A stretch of 64,000 bases of DNA, from the NCBI RefSeq assembly GCF_004010195.1, contig NC_057718.1, forward strand, positions 55,751,096-55,815,095, given 5' to 3'. Origin of the DNA: Chiloscyllium plagiosum. Its lineage: Eukaryota. The notes below the pieces were generated by a model. That model saw only the letters and a program-made list of their open reading frames with translations, had not been told where the DNA came from and did not search any database. Numbering within the stretch: the first letter of the stretch is position 1; each line of letters opens with the position of its first letter. Positions 26,116-39,564 of the stretch are shown here, piece after piece. The translations under genes and the position numbers were made by a program.

Positions 26116-26684
26116 GTTAGCACTTGATATGCTTCTTACAATACAATATACTTGTCCCGTGTACCCCATTGTAGGAATACAGTGAAAAGCTTTTACAATG
26201 TTTGCCTTCTTATAGTGACATCTTAGGTAAAAGTACATGGATACAATTTATATATACACAGAGGGTAAAAAGTAGCTGCATTACTTAGAGTTGAAAAATA
26301 AGTTTAAAAAAAAGCACAACATTAAAGGGTTGACATTACAGTAAGGTAGGAAATTTTAAATAAACATTATAGTGTAGCAGCTCAGCGCAGGGGCCTCTGC
26401 ACTGTTCTGACCGCTGGCGCCATACCCCAGTCCAACAGCCATCCTTGCTCTGCTCCAAGCCCCATACCAGCACTCAGCTGCTCCAAGGTAAGTCCCAAGA
26501 CTGCCTTCCCAGCAAGAGTCTCCACCCGTGACTCGCTGATTGCGTGATATTCCAGGGCTGCTTCCCCACATGCTGCTCGAGGACTCCTTTCCTGCACTGT
26601 TCTGGGGATCACAGCCAACGTGCTGTACACAATTCTCTGAAATTCATGAAATAATTCACAATATTTCTTGAGTAGTTTAGGTGA

Positions 26685-26906
<222 letters not shown>

Positions 26907-27874
26907 TGAATCTATTGGGAAAGGATTCCTATTTACACCTCAAGCTATTTCAAAATGAATTATTATTTAATGTAAACTTGTATTTAGTTCATTATGAACT
27001 ATTGAAACAGTCAAAGGAGATTTGGGACAATGACCTACCTGGTGGTAATTTTAATGCACTTCAACAATTTTTGAAATACTTTGAGTTTTTTTTATCTGTT
27101 TGTAAGCAGACTTTACACAGATCTAAGAGTTTTTCTTAATGCTGAAAGAATTCAGCAAAATAACTGTCAGTCATTGGATGTTATTTATGGTAGAATTTAA
27201 AATCACACTGAAAGTAAGGACAGGTTTTGCCTTCACATGTGGTGGTAAAGGACCAGAAAGAAGGAAGGTTAAAATGTTAAAAATAAGTACACCCAACCTA
27301 CTGTAAGCAAGATAAATTAAATTGAAATAGGGGATGTCCGAGTAGCTCAGTCTCGATGTGCAAGTTGGTGATTATAATACTTAAATGTGGCACTGTTCCT
27401 CAGATTCTTATAGACAATTAAGTTTAACTGTAGTGGGTTTGGTTTTCTAAAACATGGGAAACTGCATAGTCGAAGGGAGGCTGGAAATACAGGATTCAGT
27501 AAGTGCTTTTCCAGCACAGTTTATGGGCCATTGGGAGTAGAAATGTTTTTCCTGCCTTCTGTAAAACCTTTTGCTGGAATTTCTTTAGCTCCATGATCCC
27601 ACCCACCCTGCAACTTTTCTTTCCACTACAGCGATCCTCCCTGCATATAATTTATGTGCCTTGTTTCATCAATATTGTTGTAGCCAGGTATCACCACTCC
27701 ATACCAACCCCCAATCTTCTCTGATTTGTGGTCCACTCTCCCAGTAGCTCCACTTCAAGCCTTCCATTCAAAAGATAACTAACCTCTTAATTTGGCTGCT
27801 AAATTGGATTCAGAATGGATTTATCTCAAGGACAGATTTTTAAACTTTCTTTCTGTCAGATACTTTAGACTGTC

Positions 27875-28035
27875 CGTGCAAATGACAGCAGTGATGATAC
27901 CAAGACGGTCTCTCCTTCTCAATCTGTTTACTTGCCCAAGGAATGGTACCCCTCAGGTTAAACTGCCACCAGTCAAGTCTCTCTAATGATCGAGCAGCCC
28001 TGTGGTCCTCTAGGACTGTGGCAACTTTAACTCTT
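27875..28035 (+). mobile_element. Fragment of a third SINE family (same as 34620-34838)
   Basis: ccctcaggttaaactgccaccagt...ctctaatga...gcagccc...tggcaacttta shared with the reverse of 34620-34838. Confidence 0.6.
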
Positions 28036-28640
28036 ACCACACTGTCATCTGCATCTCCACAATCAGTTGGTAGCTCAGTTCCAGGACCTTCCTGGATGGG
28101 TAAATTGCACATTAAAATCATCATCTATGCCTCAGTATCTTTGAGTATGAATGTTTAAATGGTTCTTTTTACAATTCTGGTAATCAAGCCCATCTGTACA
28201 TTTGCTGAAGCTTCGGTAGTAATATCATTGTTTTTATCATTTGATAGATAGTTATAATATTATAGATTACTTTAGCATCTGTGCAGCTCTTTTGTTTTAT
28301 TAGTATATATTAGCCTTCCAGTTGAATAAGATGTTTTGAAGCAGAAAAATAGACTTAAAAGATTCTTGCAGTATAATTGGTGAAATTCCCAATTTTATTA
28401 TCAATACTGAAAAGCTGAATACTTTAGATATTTTTTCAGGTCTTCAATTCATTCCATGACTGCAATTTGCTGTCAGTGATGTTTCAGACCTGCCAATCGA
28501 AAACAATCTTATCCTAACTAGTTTTCTTGACATGATTGAATGCTTTTCAGGACTTTCTTCTATACCACCTGTATATACTGATTGCATTCAATGCTCAGAC
28601 ACGTTTTCCTGGCCTTCCTTCACAATGTGCATATGAACAT

Positions 28641-29518
28641 TGTGATTAGAGGTGTATTATAAAATTACTGTCATTTCAGATTTGGAATTTAAAGCAGAAG
28701 TAGGTGGACTTTGCATTTATTTGAAGGTAATTATATTTCAAAGTTCAGAAAGTCATCTAGAACAGTGACCTAAATACATTATTTCCAAGAAGGCATATGA
28801 CTTCAGACAAGTGCCTGAAAGGACACCTATAATGTTAATGGATAGCATACTTATACTGCTGTGTTAGCAAAAAGAATGCAGACTATTAGTTGATCTTTTG
28901 ACTTCTGTTTCAAAGAATTAGGACTTCAGTTCAGAAGATAGAACAATTTTCTCCTAGCAGTAGAATCAAGTTTAGTTCAGGGAAACCAATCACTGTAGCT
29001 GACATATTGCTAATTCACAGAGCTTTCAAGCTGAGAGAGTTTGAATAGAAGTCTTCAACTTGTTAGAAATGGAAAAGCCCTGGCCCTCGGAATTGTGAAA
29101 GAATCATGCCAGCAGATTTGGAAAAGAATCATATACTTTGTCAGCAATTCAAGGAAAAGAAATTGGGAAAAGTTAGTTAAGTGAAAGTTTAACTTTTGAG
29201 ATATGAGTGATATTTTTCCAGAATTTAGGCTCCGTAAAAGGATAGTTTCTGGAATCATTGAAACTTTGGTTCTTTGTTGGTGTTAGTATCTTTCCAGTGT
29301 GAGTATCTTTCTAACTATCTTAGGAGTATATCTTTGTTTATCTATTTTCTTTTGTGTAATAAATTTGGGTTCTATTGTTAAAGGGTATTTGCAGCCTCAT
29401 GTGAATATGTTTCAAACATTAATCACCAACTGTAAAATATTAAACAAATGTTTAATCAAGTTAGGTTTCATTTAGGGTTATGAGTTGTCTTGCATTACTA
29501 TTATCTGGGATTACAACA
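28641..29518 (+). mobile_element. Probable solo LTR
   Basis: TGT...ACA termini, flanks acat/gcat, AATAAA near 29358. Confidence 0.5.
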
Positions 29519-30002
29519 GCATTTGCAGTCCTCTTAATCATATTTCCTGTAGGATGAAGGTTTATTAGCTTCCGTAAAAGAGAATCACCTTCTTTTCTGC
29601 CATATTCTGCCACCATTATTATCCTGTTAATTATATGATGATGTATCACATTAAATGTTGTATAAGAAAACTGTGCTCTGATTGGATACTTTAACTTACT
29701 GCAACTGATAAGAAAATTTAGTATGTTTCAGAAATTACAAAGTTTCTACCATCCAGGAGATGAAAACATTTACTGTTGTGCATAGCTGTCTAAAGTGTGT
29801 TAAGGCCCAAACATTGGAATATCATTCCCATGTTCCTGGAATGAATGTTTTCCTTTCGTAATTTACTAACTTACTAACATAACCTTACTAACATTTTTGT
29901 GATCTGGTCAACAAATATGGTACTTAAGTTACTTTTTCTGGTTGTGTAACTAGAACATATTAGTTTCAAGACAAAACTGTAAGACAGTTATGACCTTTTA
30001 AG

Positions 30003-30537
30003 TGATAGAGATGTACAAAATGGAAACAGACCCTTTGGTCCAACTCATCCATGCCGACCAGATATCCCAAATTAATCCAATCCCATTTGCACGCATTTGG
30101 CCCATATCCCTCTAAACCTTTCCTATTCATATACCCATCCAGAAGCCTTTTAAATGTTTCAATTGTACCAGTCTCCACCACTTTCTCTGGTGCATTCCAT
30201 ACATACACCACCCTCTGCATGAAAAAGTTGCTCCTTAGGTCCCTTTTAAATCTTTCCCCTCTTACTTTAAACTTATGCCCTCTATTATGGACTCTGGGAA
30301 AACACTTTGTCTATTTACCCTATCCATGACCCTCATAATTTTATAAACCTCTATCAGGTCACCCCTCAGCCTCTGACACTCCAGGGAAGATAGCCCCAAC
30401 CTCTCCGTAGAGTTCAAGCCCTCCAATCCTGGCAAAATCCTTGTAAATCTTTTCTGAACCCTTTCAAATTTCACAACATCCTTCTGATAGGAGGGAGACC
30501 GCCAAAATTCCATAGTATTCCAAAATGGCCTAACCAA
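30003..30537 (-). mobile_element. CR1 (HER1-like) 3' fragment
   Basis: ORFs 30262..30537 and 29966..30220 (ERVQKRFTR...RLRGDLIEVYKI). Confidence 0.9.
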
Positions 30538-31240
30538 TCAATTACTGATAGAAATCTTTTTATTATGTTGCAACCACTAGATGAATCCACAGCTGGTCCA
30601 ATACAGTTCATTGAGTCTCTTTTTTAATGGTATGTTTCAAGTTAAAATGGACCAGCAGCTAAGCTTTTGGTTAAACAGGTTAAAACTTAACATTGCAGAA
30701 TGTTCCCTAAGAATAAATGAATAATTTTATTAACTGTGAAATTAAAGATACTCAGATTAATAAAATGCAGGTAAGATGAAAGCATACTCATAAACAGGAA
30801 GTTCCAAAAAGTCTTTATGTTATGTTTCTCAATAACTCCTTGTAGTATAACACCAGGGCCCATTGCTTGAGTTCCTTCATGTTGAAATTAAGAGATTATT
30901 CCTCGATATCAGATCCAGCTGGTCTGATAGATTCTGGAGTTGAGTAGTTTGAAGTCGCTTGCTAAGGTAGATATAGTAATTATAGCAGGCTTTGAGATAG
31001 AGAAAGTTTCCTGTTACTCAGTAACACTTTAGTTATAGCACTTGCTGATTGCTGGGAACTGCTGTTTAATTCTGAAGCAAACCTTTCTCTTTAGCTAAGT
31101 ATTGTCTTTCCTGAAGAAATTGCCTTTCAGTGTTCTTCCTGGGGGGTTCTGGTTTCACAGCTTTACATACAGATCAAACTTAATAGCTGCAAAATATTTA
31201 ATGAATCATTGTCCCACAAAGCAAAGTCAATTATGCTTGG

Positions 31241-31560
31241 ATTAGATTAGATTACTTACAGTGTGGAAACAGGCCCTTCGGCCCTACAAGTCCACACCAA
31301 CTCTCCGAAGAGCAACCCACCCAGACCCATTCCTCTACATTTACCCCTTCACCTAACACTACAGGCAATTTAGCATGGCCAATTCGCCTAACCTTCACAT
31401 TTTTGGACTGTGGGAGGAAACTGGAACACCCGGAGGAAACCCACGCAGACATGGGGAGAATGTGGAAGCTCCACACAGACAGTTGCCTGAGGCAGGAATT
31501 GAACCTGGGTCTCTGGCGCTGTGAGGCAGCAGTGTTAACCACTGTGTCACCGTGCCGCCC
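31241..31560 (-). mobile_element. HE1-type V-SINE
   Basis: Reverse complement of 4352-4665; (aatct)n tail. Confidence 0.92.
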
Positions 31561-31771
31561 TCTTGCCTGTCTCTGAAGTCTTTAATTTTAACATTTTCAA
31601 AAACCAATTGTATTCTATATAGGGGTAATTGAATTCCAAATAATTTCCTTTGTGGTTGCTATTCAGGTAACCCATCATTCAGTCTGCTTTTTGGCTGGCT
31701 GAAGTGAATCAAGAAGAATCGACCATGTAGTCTTTGGCAGCCATTTTTTTATATGCTGTGTCTATTATTTA

Positions 31772-32895
31772 AAGTGGAAACATTCTATCTACTTCTATTT
31801 TATCAATTCCCTTCAAACTTTTATATGTTTCTATAAGATCCCCCCACATTCTTCTGAAATCCAATGAATATAATCCCAATCTACTCAGCCTCTCCTCATA
31901 AACCAACACCCTCAGTCCAGAATCAACCCAGTGAACCTCTTTTGCAACCTCTCCAGTGCCATACATTCTTTCTCAATTAATGAAACCAAAACTGTACACA
32001 ATACTCCAGGTGTGGCCTCACCAGCACCTTGTACAGCTGCAACATTGCCTCCCTGCTTTTAAACTCAACCCCTTTACTAATGAAGGACAAAATTCCATTT
32101 GCCTTCCTAATTACATGTTGTACCTGCAGACCAACTTTCTGTGATTCATGCACAAGCACACCCAGGTCCCTCTGCATAGCAGCATGCTGCAGCTTTTTAC
32201 CATTCAAATAATAATTTTTTTTTACTGTTTCTCCTGCCAAAATGTTTGACTTCACATTTATTAACATTCTATTCCATATGCCAGATCTTTGCCCACTTAC
32301 TCAGTGTATCTATGTTCCTTTGCAAAGTTTCACAGTCCTCTGCACACTTTGCTCTGTCACTCATTTTAGTGTCATCTGCAAACTTTGACACCGTACACTT
32401 GGTCCCCAACTCCAAATCATCTATATAAACTGTAAATAATTGCGGTCCCAACACTGATCCCTGAGTCACACCACTAGTCACTGATTGACAGCCAGAATAA
32501 CACTCATTTATCCCCACTCTTTGCTTCCTGTTAGTCAACCAATCCTCCATCCATGCTAATACTTTACCCATAATGCCATGCATCCTTATGCAGCAGCCTC
32601 GTATGCAGCACCTTGTCGAAGGTCTTTTGGAAATCTAGGTACATCTCATCCACTGGGTCCCCGTTGTCCACCTTGCTCAAAATGTCTTCATAGAATTTCA
32701 AACGTTTTGTCAAGCATGACCTGCCCTGCATGAACCCATGCTACATCTGTACAATGGGACAAAGTCTTTTGAGATGTCGGGCTATTTCTTCCTTGATAAT
32801 AGACTCAAGCATCTTCCCCACCATAGAGTTTAAGCTAACTGGTCTATACTTCCCCATCTTTTGTCTACCTTCCTTTTTAAACAGTGGCATCACAT
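31772..32895 (-). mobile_element. CR1 RT fragment
   Basis: ORFs 32269..32583 (QGSVLGPQLF, KFADDTK), 31977..32267, 31769..31966; same subfamily as 52170-53580. Confidence 0.9.
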
Positions 32896-33059
32896 TTAAG
32901 AAAGAATATCAAATTTTTTAAAAATCACAATTATTATAACAAAGAAAGGAGTGCTGATTGCTTGGCAGGTTTCAGCAACATGAGTGGAATCTTATTGGAG
33001 CTTAAATATCTTGGGCTATGGCAAGAAATCTGGGAGAATTATGTGAAAAGTCCAACAAG

Positions 33060-33300
33060 ATCTTTCACCATATCCAGAGTAACTGGCCAAGATGGCAACC
33101 TTGAGTAAGGCTAACAGGTTGCAGTACTATGACGTCTTCTGTTGGCCCAAGGATCAACTTTCCTCTGCATGGCCCTGTCCATCAGGATCTCCAGGTGCCT
33201 GTCTGCAAAAAGGAACACAACATTTTCCTTACCTACCATGTTGGGACAAATGTCACAAATCATGCAAGGCAACTGTCGACTGACACTGCTTGTTCAGGTC
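33060..33300 (-). mobile_element. Harbinger Myb/SANT-like ORF relic
   Basis: Minus strand FADRHLEILMDRAMQRK, similar to 45925-46115. Confidence 0.45.
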
Positions 33301-33639
33301 CACAAAAGCTTTTTAAAAATGGCACATGCTCCAGGATGCCAGTCCAATCTGTGGTATTCTGGCAGCAGCAAATTCTTCTGCCTAAGATGAGTGGGAGAAT
33401 TGGGCTATCATTAGAAGAGAGGGTCACCATAGGGTGGAATGTGCAATTAATAAGGCAAATTTGAGACAATAGCATGGGAAAACCTGCTTGGCTTCACGGA
33501 GAGAAACATTCCATGAAAGCCAACAAAATTGACAGCCAATAATAAGTAAGATTCAACTCCACGATTCTCTATTCAACATTATTTGACTGTGGTATTATTT
33601 TCTACTTTGTAACTATCTGGGCTTGACTCAGTTTTAGAT

Positions 33640-34550
33640 ACATTTATAACCTCCCTCTGTGCCTCTCTTTGTGTCTTCCAAAAGGCCCGTTTATGTATTT
33701 GGCACTGCCTCATTACATGGAGCATTCTTAATTGATCCTATTGCTTCCCTCACAACTTATCCATCCCATTGCTGACTGTGTTAGCAGATCAGCTGTAACC
33801 TCTCCCCTCTATACCACGCTTGAGAATAACCACTTAATTTGATTGAAGCCATTTGACCAGCTGCCTCACTTCTTTGTCTGCCCCTTACTAACCAGGCAAG
33901 ACTTGCTTGAAGGTCCTATTTCCTTTGCCAGAAACTCACTTTCCTTTCTAGTTTCTCCTCTATCTCCCCTTACTCTTGTTGGAGTCATCTTGTCTCTGAC
34001 ACTTGCCTCCTTCACTCTTGACCTTATTTTGATAAGAGTGCTGCCTGCCCAACTTCCCTTCCTGGTTCTATTTTAGCTGATATTGTCAATAATCTTTTCC
34101 CTTCAGGTTCTGTCCTTCTCTCCTTTAAATCTGTAATCATCATGCCTTTTCTTACAAAGCAAACCGTTGGTCCAACTGTCATTGCAAACTACTACTCCAT
34201 CTCAACTGTTTTCTCACTTCAAAATTCCTGAAGATGTTTAATGCTCCAAAATTTGAGCATGTTTTCCAAGCATTCATGCTCCAAATCTGCTAATGATGTT
34301 TCTGCTTCTGCCAAAGGAGCTCTTATCATAGTCAGAAATAAAACTGTGTGCAATGTAACAAAGGCAAGATAATTCTCCACATCTTTCTCAAATATTCTAC
34401 AACCTTCAAATGCACTCCAATGCACTCCATCACCCTGCCTGCTTGGTTCTATTCTTAGCAAAAAAATTGTAGCCGGAGAATTATGTCCTATGGTTTTTCT
34501 TTCCATTCTCGCACACTAACCTATGACATTTCCTAAGATTCTTTCTGACT
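33640..34550 (+). mobile_element. Old L2 LINE relic
   Basis: 34135-34235 resembles ITPLLKKPTLDP...ANYRPISNL...SKI.E; a possible continuation (FLQ...KTEI..FG) at 40260-40330. Confidence 0.55.
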
Positions 34551-34619
34551 TCGGCCTTCCTCATTTTTCATCATATAGTAGTGACAACACAGAAAAGCAC
34601 ACCATATGGTTTTACATAT

Positions 34620-34838
34620 AGGTAAGGGTAAAGTCACCACAGCCTACTAGAACATGGAGCTGCTTTCTCATTAAACAGAGATAACTGGCGGTGGCTTAAC
34701 CTGAGGGTCACTACACTTCAGGCAGGGGGAGAAGTTGAGAAGGAGAAACCTTTATGATAACCTTAGTCATTGCAGGAATTGAAGCCCCACTGTTGGTGTT
34801 GCTCTGCATCACAAACTAGCCATCCAGTCAGCTGAACA
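34620..34838 (-). mobile_element. tRNA-headed SINE (third family)
   Basis: Minus strand head gttcagctgactgg...ggcttcaattcc; second copy at 27875-28035. Confidence 0.6.
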
Positions 34839-34912
34839 AAACCATTTTTGCATGTAACATGATAACATATAGTTCTTTCTCATTTTTGCCTCTGCCTATG
34901 TTCAATGCTCAG

Positions 34913-35169
34913 TTAAACATAGTCTCCATTGTCAGGGTACATATCGAAAGATCAAATTGGAGCAGTTCGACATGGTTCCCCATGGAAGACTGGTGAGCAA
35001 GGTTAGATCTCATGGAATACAGGGAGAACTAGCCATTTGGATTAAACATAGTCTCCATTGTCAGGGTACATATCGAAAGATCAAATTGGAGCAGTCGACA
35101 TGGTTCCCCATGGAAGACTGGTGAGCAAGGTTAGATCTCATGGAATACAGGGAGAACTAGCCATTTGGA
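34913..35169 (+). repeat. Near-perfect 129/128-bp tandem duplication at the CR1 5' junction
   Basis: Copies 34913-35041 and 35042-35169 differ by one T indel. Confidence 0.95.
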
Positions 35170-36237
35170 TACAGAACTGGCTTGAAGACAGAGGGTAGTG
35201 GTGGAGGGTTGTTTTTCAGACTGGAGGCCTGTGACCAGTGGAGTACCACAAGGATCGATGCTGGGCCCTCTACTTTTTGTCATTTACATAAATGATTTAG
35301 ATGCGAGCATAAGAGGTACAGTTAGTAAGTTTGCAGATGACACCAAAATTGCAGGTGTAGTGGACAACGAAGAAGGTTACCTCAAATTACAATGGGATAT
35401 TGATAAGATGGACCAATGGACTGAGGAGTGGCAGATAGAGTTTAATTTAGATAAATGTGAGGTGCTGCATTTTGGGAAAGCAAATCTTAGCAGGACTTAT
35501 ACACTTAATGGTAATGTCCTGAGGAGTGTTGCTGAATAAAGAGATCTTGGAGTGCAGGTTCATAGCTCCTTGAAAGTGGAGTCACAGGTAGATAGGGTGG
35601 TGAAGAAGGCATTTGATATGTTTTCCTTTATTGGTCAGAGTATTGAGTATAGGAGTTGGGAGGTCATTGGTTAGGCCACTGTTGGAATGTTGAGTGCAAT
35701 TCTAGTCTCCTTCCTGTCGGAAAGATATTGTGAAACTTGAAAGGGTTCAGAAAAGACTGACAGGGATGTTGCCAGGGTTGGAGGATTGGAGCTATAGGGA
35801 GAGGTTGAATAGGCTGGAGCTGTTTTCCCTGGAACATTGGAGGCTGAGGGGTGACCTTATAGAGGTTTCTAAAATTATGAGGGGCATGGATAGGATAAAT
35901 AGATCAAGTCTTTTTCTTGGGGTGGGGCAGTCCAGAATTAGAGGGCATAGGTTTAGAGTGAGAGGGGAAAGATGTAAAAGAGACCTAAGGGGCAACTTTT
36001 TCACTCAGAGGGTGGTACGTGTATGGAATGAGCTGCCAGAGGAAGTGGTGGGGGCTGATACAATTGCAACATTTAAGAGGCATTTGGATGGGTAAATGAA
36101 CAGGAAGGGTTTGGAGGGATATGGGCCGGGTGCTGGCAGATGGGACTAGATTTGGTTGGAATATCTGGTCGGCATGGAAGGGTTTGACCGAAGGATCTGT
36201 TTCTGTGCTGTACATCTCTATGATTCTATGATTCTAA
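34966..36237 (+). mobile_element. CR1 (HER1-like), 5' truncated
   Basis: ORFs 35198..35539 (GVPQGS.LGPLLF, SKFADDTK) and 35730..36095; (tatgattc)n tail. Confidence 0.93.
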
Positions 36238-36667
36238 GTAGACCATTTGGCCCCTTGAGCCTGATCTGCCATTCAATAAGATCCGATCTGTTTATGTTTT
36301 GAATTTCACGTTTTCATCAACGTCAATACTCTGATTCTCTTGTTTAACAAGAATTTCTCCATCTCTTCCTTAAAGATATTTATTAACCCTTCTTTCCATT
36401 TTTTTGGGCAGAGAGTCCAAAGTTGCATAATTGCCTGAGAGAAACAATATCCCCTCCTCTCTGTTCTTAATTTTTAAGTCACGTCTCATAGTTCTGAACT
36501 CAGCCATATGAGGAAACATTTTTCCACATGCATCTTTTCTAGACCATTTAGGATCTTACAACTTCAACAAGTTACCCTCACACTTCTAAACTCCAGTGGA
36601 ACCAAGCCCATCCTATCCACCCTATCTTCAGATGACAACTTGTTCATTCCAAATATCAGTCTAGTTC

Positions 36668-37535
36668 TTCCTCGACCAAAGGCCTGGACAATCTCCATCC
36701 ACCACCACTCTCTTCTGCTTGGCTGAACTTGTTCTCTCACTGAACAATTTCTCCTTTAATTCACCTCATTTCTGTCAAGTTAAAGGAGTGGCTATGGGCA
36801 CTCACATGTGTCCCAGTTATGCTTGCCTCTTTATGGGGTATGTGGAACAATTCTTGTTCCAGTTGGTGTTCCAGACCTACACTGGCCCGTCCCACAACTT
36901 CCTTCGGTACTTCCAACGACTGTTTCGGTGCTACTTCATACACCTGCCTAGACCTTGAAAAATTTGTTCATTTTGCCTCCAATATCCACCCCCTATAACT
37001 TCCATACCGTCCATTTCCAATAACCTTCCTTCCTTTCTTGACCTTTCTGTCTCCATTTCGGGGCACAAACTGTCCACTGCCATCCATTACAAAGCCACTG
37101 ACTCCCATACCACCTTCACCACAGCTCTTCTTACCTCATGTCCTGCAAGGATTCAATCCTATTCTCCCAGTTCCTTCACCTAGGTCTTATTTGTTGAGAT
37201 GACGCTACCTTCCAAATCAGTGTTGTTGATGTGGCTTCCTTCTCCTATAACCGTGGTTTCCTGCCAACTGTGGTTGACAAGGCCCTCAACCGCATCCAAC
37301 CTTTCACACGTGCTTCTGCTCTTGCCCCTTCCCATCACTCACAACGATATGACTAAGAACCATTGTTCTTACTTTTCACCCCACCAGCCTCTGTATTCAA
37401 AGGATCAGTCTCCACCATTTCAGACAACTCCAGCAGAACGCCACTGCCAAACCCATCTTCCCCTCACTCCATCTCTACATTTCACAGGGATCATTCCCTC
37501 TGGGTCATCCTAGTCCAATCCACAACCACCAACAC
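36668..37535 (+). mobile_element. Penelope-like RT fragment
   Basis: ORF 36719..36958 LVLSLNNFSFNS.HF.QVKGVAMGTHM.PSYACLFMGYVEQ, then PFLDL and HYKPTDSH relics. Confidence 0.88.
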
Positions 37536-38038
37536 ATGATTTTGAGCTATATCTGCATGCTAATATTTTGTGACTAGGACACCTAAATCTCTCTGCACCT
37601 CTGTCTTTGAATTTCACATCCTCCATTTAAGTAATACTTTGCTTTATGAGTCTTTTTGCCAAAATGAACTTAACATTTTCCTATACTATACTCCATTTGC
37701 CAGATTTCAACCATGCATTCAATATATCTATATCTGTTTGCATTTTTGTTATATCTTCTTGACAACATACTTTCCTATCTGTCTTGGCAAATCTAGTTTA
37801 CATGCCTTTGCTCCCCTCACCTAGGTCATTGACGTAAATTGTAAAATGTTGAGGACCCAGCATAGACCCCTGCGGCTTATCACATCCTGCCAATCAAATA
37901 TCCATTTACACATACTCTCTGTTTTCTGATAGCCAATCACTCTTTTTTCCATGATAATGTATTACCCTCATACCTTAAGTTTAATTTCCCGCAATATGTA
38001 TCAAAATATGTATCAAATATCTTCTTGAAATCCAAATA

Positions 38039-38312
38039 GACGGTGGCACAGTGGTTAACACTGCTGCCTCACAGCGCCAGAGACCTGGGTTCATTTCCCG
38101 CCTCAGGCGACTGACTGTGTGGAGTTTGCACATATTCCCTGTGTCTACATGGGTTTCCTCCCACAGTTCAAAAATGTGCAGGTTAGGTGAATTGGCCATG
38201 CTAAATTGCCCGTAATGTTAGGTGTAGGGGAATGGGTCTGGGTGGGTTGTGCTTCAGCGGGTCAATGTGGACTTGTTGGGCCAAAGGACCTATTTCCACA
38301 CTGTAAGAAATC
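38039..38312 (+). mobile_element. HE1-type V-SINE with internal deletions
   Basis: Matches 4352-4665. Confidence 0.88.
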
Positions 38313-38346
38313 TGCAGGCTCCCCTTTATTCACATTGCATCTTACT

Positions 38347-39023
38347 TGTTATGGACCAGATCAGGCACCCGAAATATAGTAAAGAGATAGCCTAGACCCT
38401 AACATTTATATTTGTTTCAGACAAGTGTAAAATGCTGTGTTCCAGATGTGAATCGATTGGTCCACCACCAAGCTCTAATCAAAACACAGTTTATTCTTAC
38501 AACACAGTTAAAGTACAAGAAAAGGCAAATGAACATTTTTAGAATACTTAACAAGATAATATATTAGTTAACCACTAATCATCATCTGTTTCAATATAGG
38601 TAGCATCCTATAAACACACCCTTGGCAAGACAATTTAGCAAAACAGTTAAGGTTCTCATATGCTGCAGCTCTTCACTCCAGGAGAATGAGATACTGAAAG
38701 AAATTAATCTGCCTTTTTTTATTTCTAAGAGTAAGCCTCTCTTCCAAAAATCTAGCTGCACAGAACTCAAACTGTTTGCTCACCAGCAGCAGAAACTTCC
38801 TCACTAGCTGAAAGCAAAATTAAAATGTTTTCTGGGTCTGTGTGAGGCCTTACCCAACTGACTTATGCTTCTTTTGTATAATTTTTTTAAAAACCCTCAA
38901 ATACCTCCAAACTGTTTAGCAACTACCTATCTGAAGCAGACATCCTGGCACCACTGTGGCAACATTTCTCTGCAGGAGAAGCAGCACCAAACATATCTCT
39001 CTTAAAGGCACAGTACTGTCATG
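38347..39023 (-). mobile_element. Solo LTR with 4-bp TSD
   Basis: Begins TGTTA; flanked by tact (38343-46) and tact (39024-27); CR1 continues across it. Confidence 0.65.
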
Positions 39024-39237
39024 TACTCCTTCAAAGAATTCCAGTAAATTGATTTAACTTGATTTCCCTTTGATGAAACCGCACTGGTCCTCTTCCCAAC
39101 TAATCTGATTTTTCTAAGTGTGCAGGTATAATCGCGAGGTAAAAACAATGACCCTGCAGATGCTGGAAACCAGATTCTGGATTAGTGGTGCTGGAAGAGC
39201 ACAGCAATTCAGGCAGCATCCGAGGACAGGCAAAATC

Positions 39238-39265
39238 GACGTTTCGGGCAAAAGCCCTTCATCAG
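39238..39265 (-). ncRNA. Minimal hammerhead motif
   Basis: CUGAUGA-A-GGGC(UUUU)GCCC-GAA-ACGU-C. Confidence 0.7.
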
Positions 39266-39404
39266 GAATAAAGGCAGAGAGCCTGAAGCATGGAGAGATA
39301 AGCTAGAGGAGGGTGGGGGTGGGACCTGGGAGTTGCAATGAGAGAGAGACTCCCCACCCTCCTCTAGCTTATCTCTCCATGCTTCAGGCTCTCTGCCTTT
39401 ATTC

Positions 39405-39432
39405 CTGATGAAGGGCTTTTGCCCGAAACGTC
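39405..39432 (+). ncRNA. Minimal hammerhead motif, sense to EML6 pre-mRNA
   Basis: CUGAUGA-A-GGGC(UUUU)GCCC-GAA-ACGU-C; stem I is only about 2 bp (UC/GA). Confidence 0.7.
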
Positions 39433-39564
39433 GATTTTGCCTGTCCTCGGATGCTGCCTGAATTGCTGTGCTCTTCCAGCACCACTAATCGCGATAATGG
39501 CTGTTTCTAACCCATTCACCATGACAGATATTAAGCTAGCTAGGCTATGGTTTCTTGTTTTCTA

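Larger units (their letters stand above)
39138..39490. mobile_element. PLE fold-back cassette with 139-bp perfect inverted arms
   Basis: Arms 39180-39318 and 39352-39490; direct repeat taatcgcga at 39129-37 and 39486-94. Confidence 0.92.
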
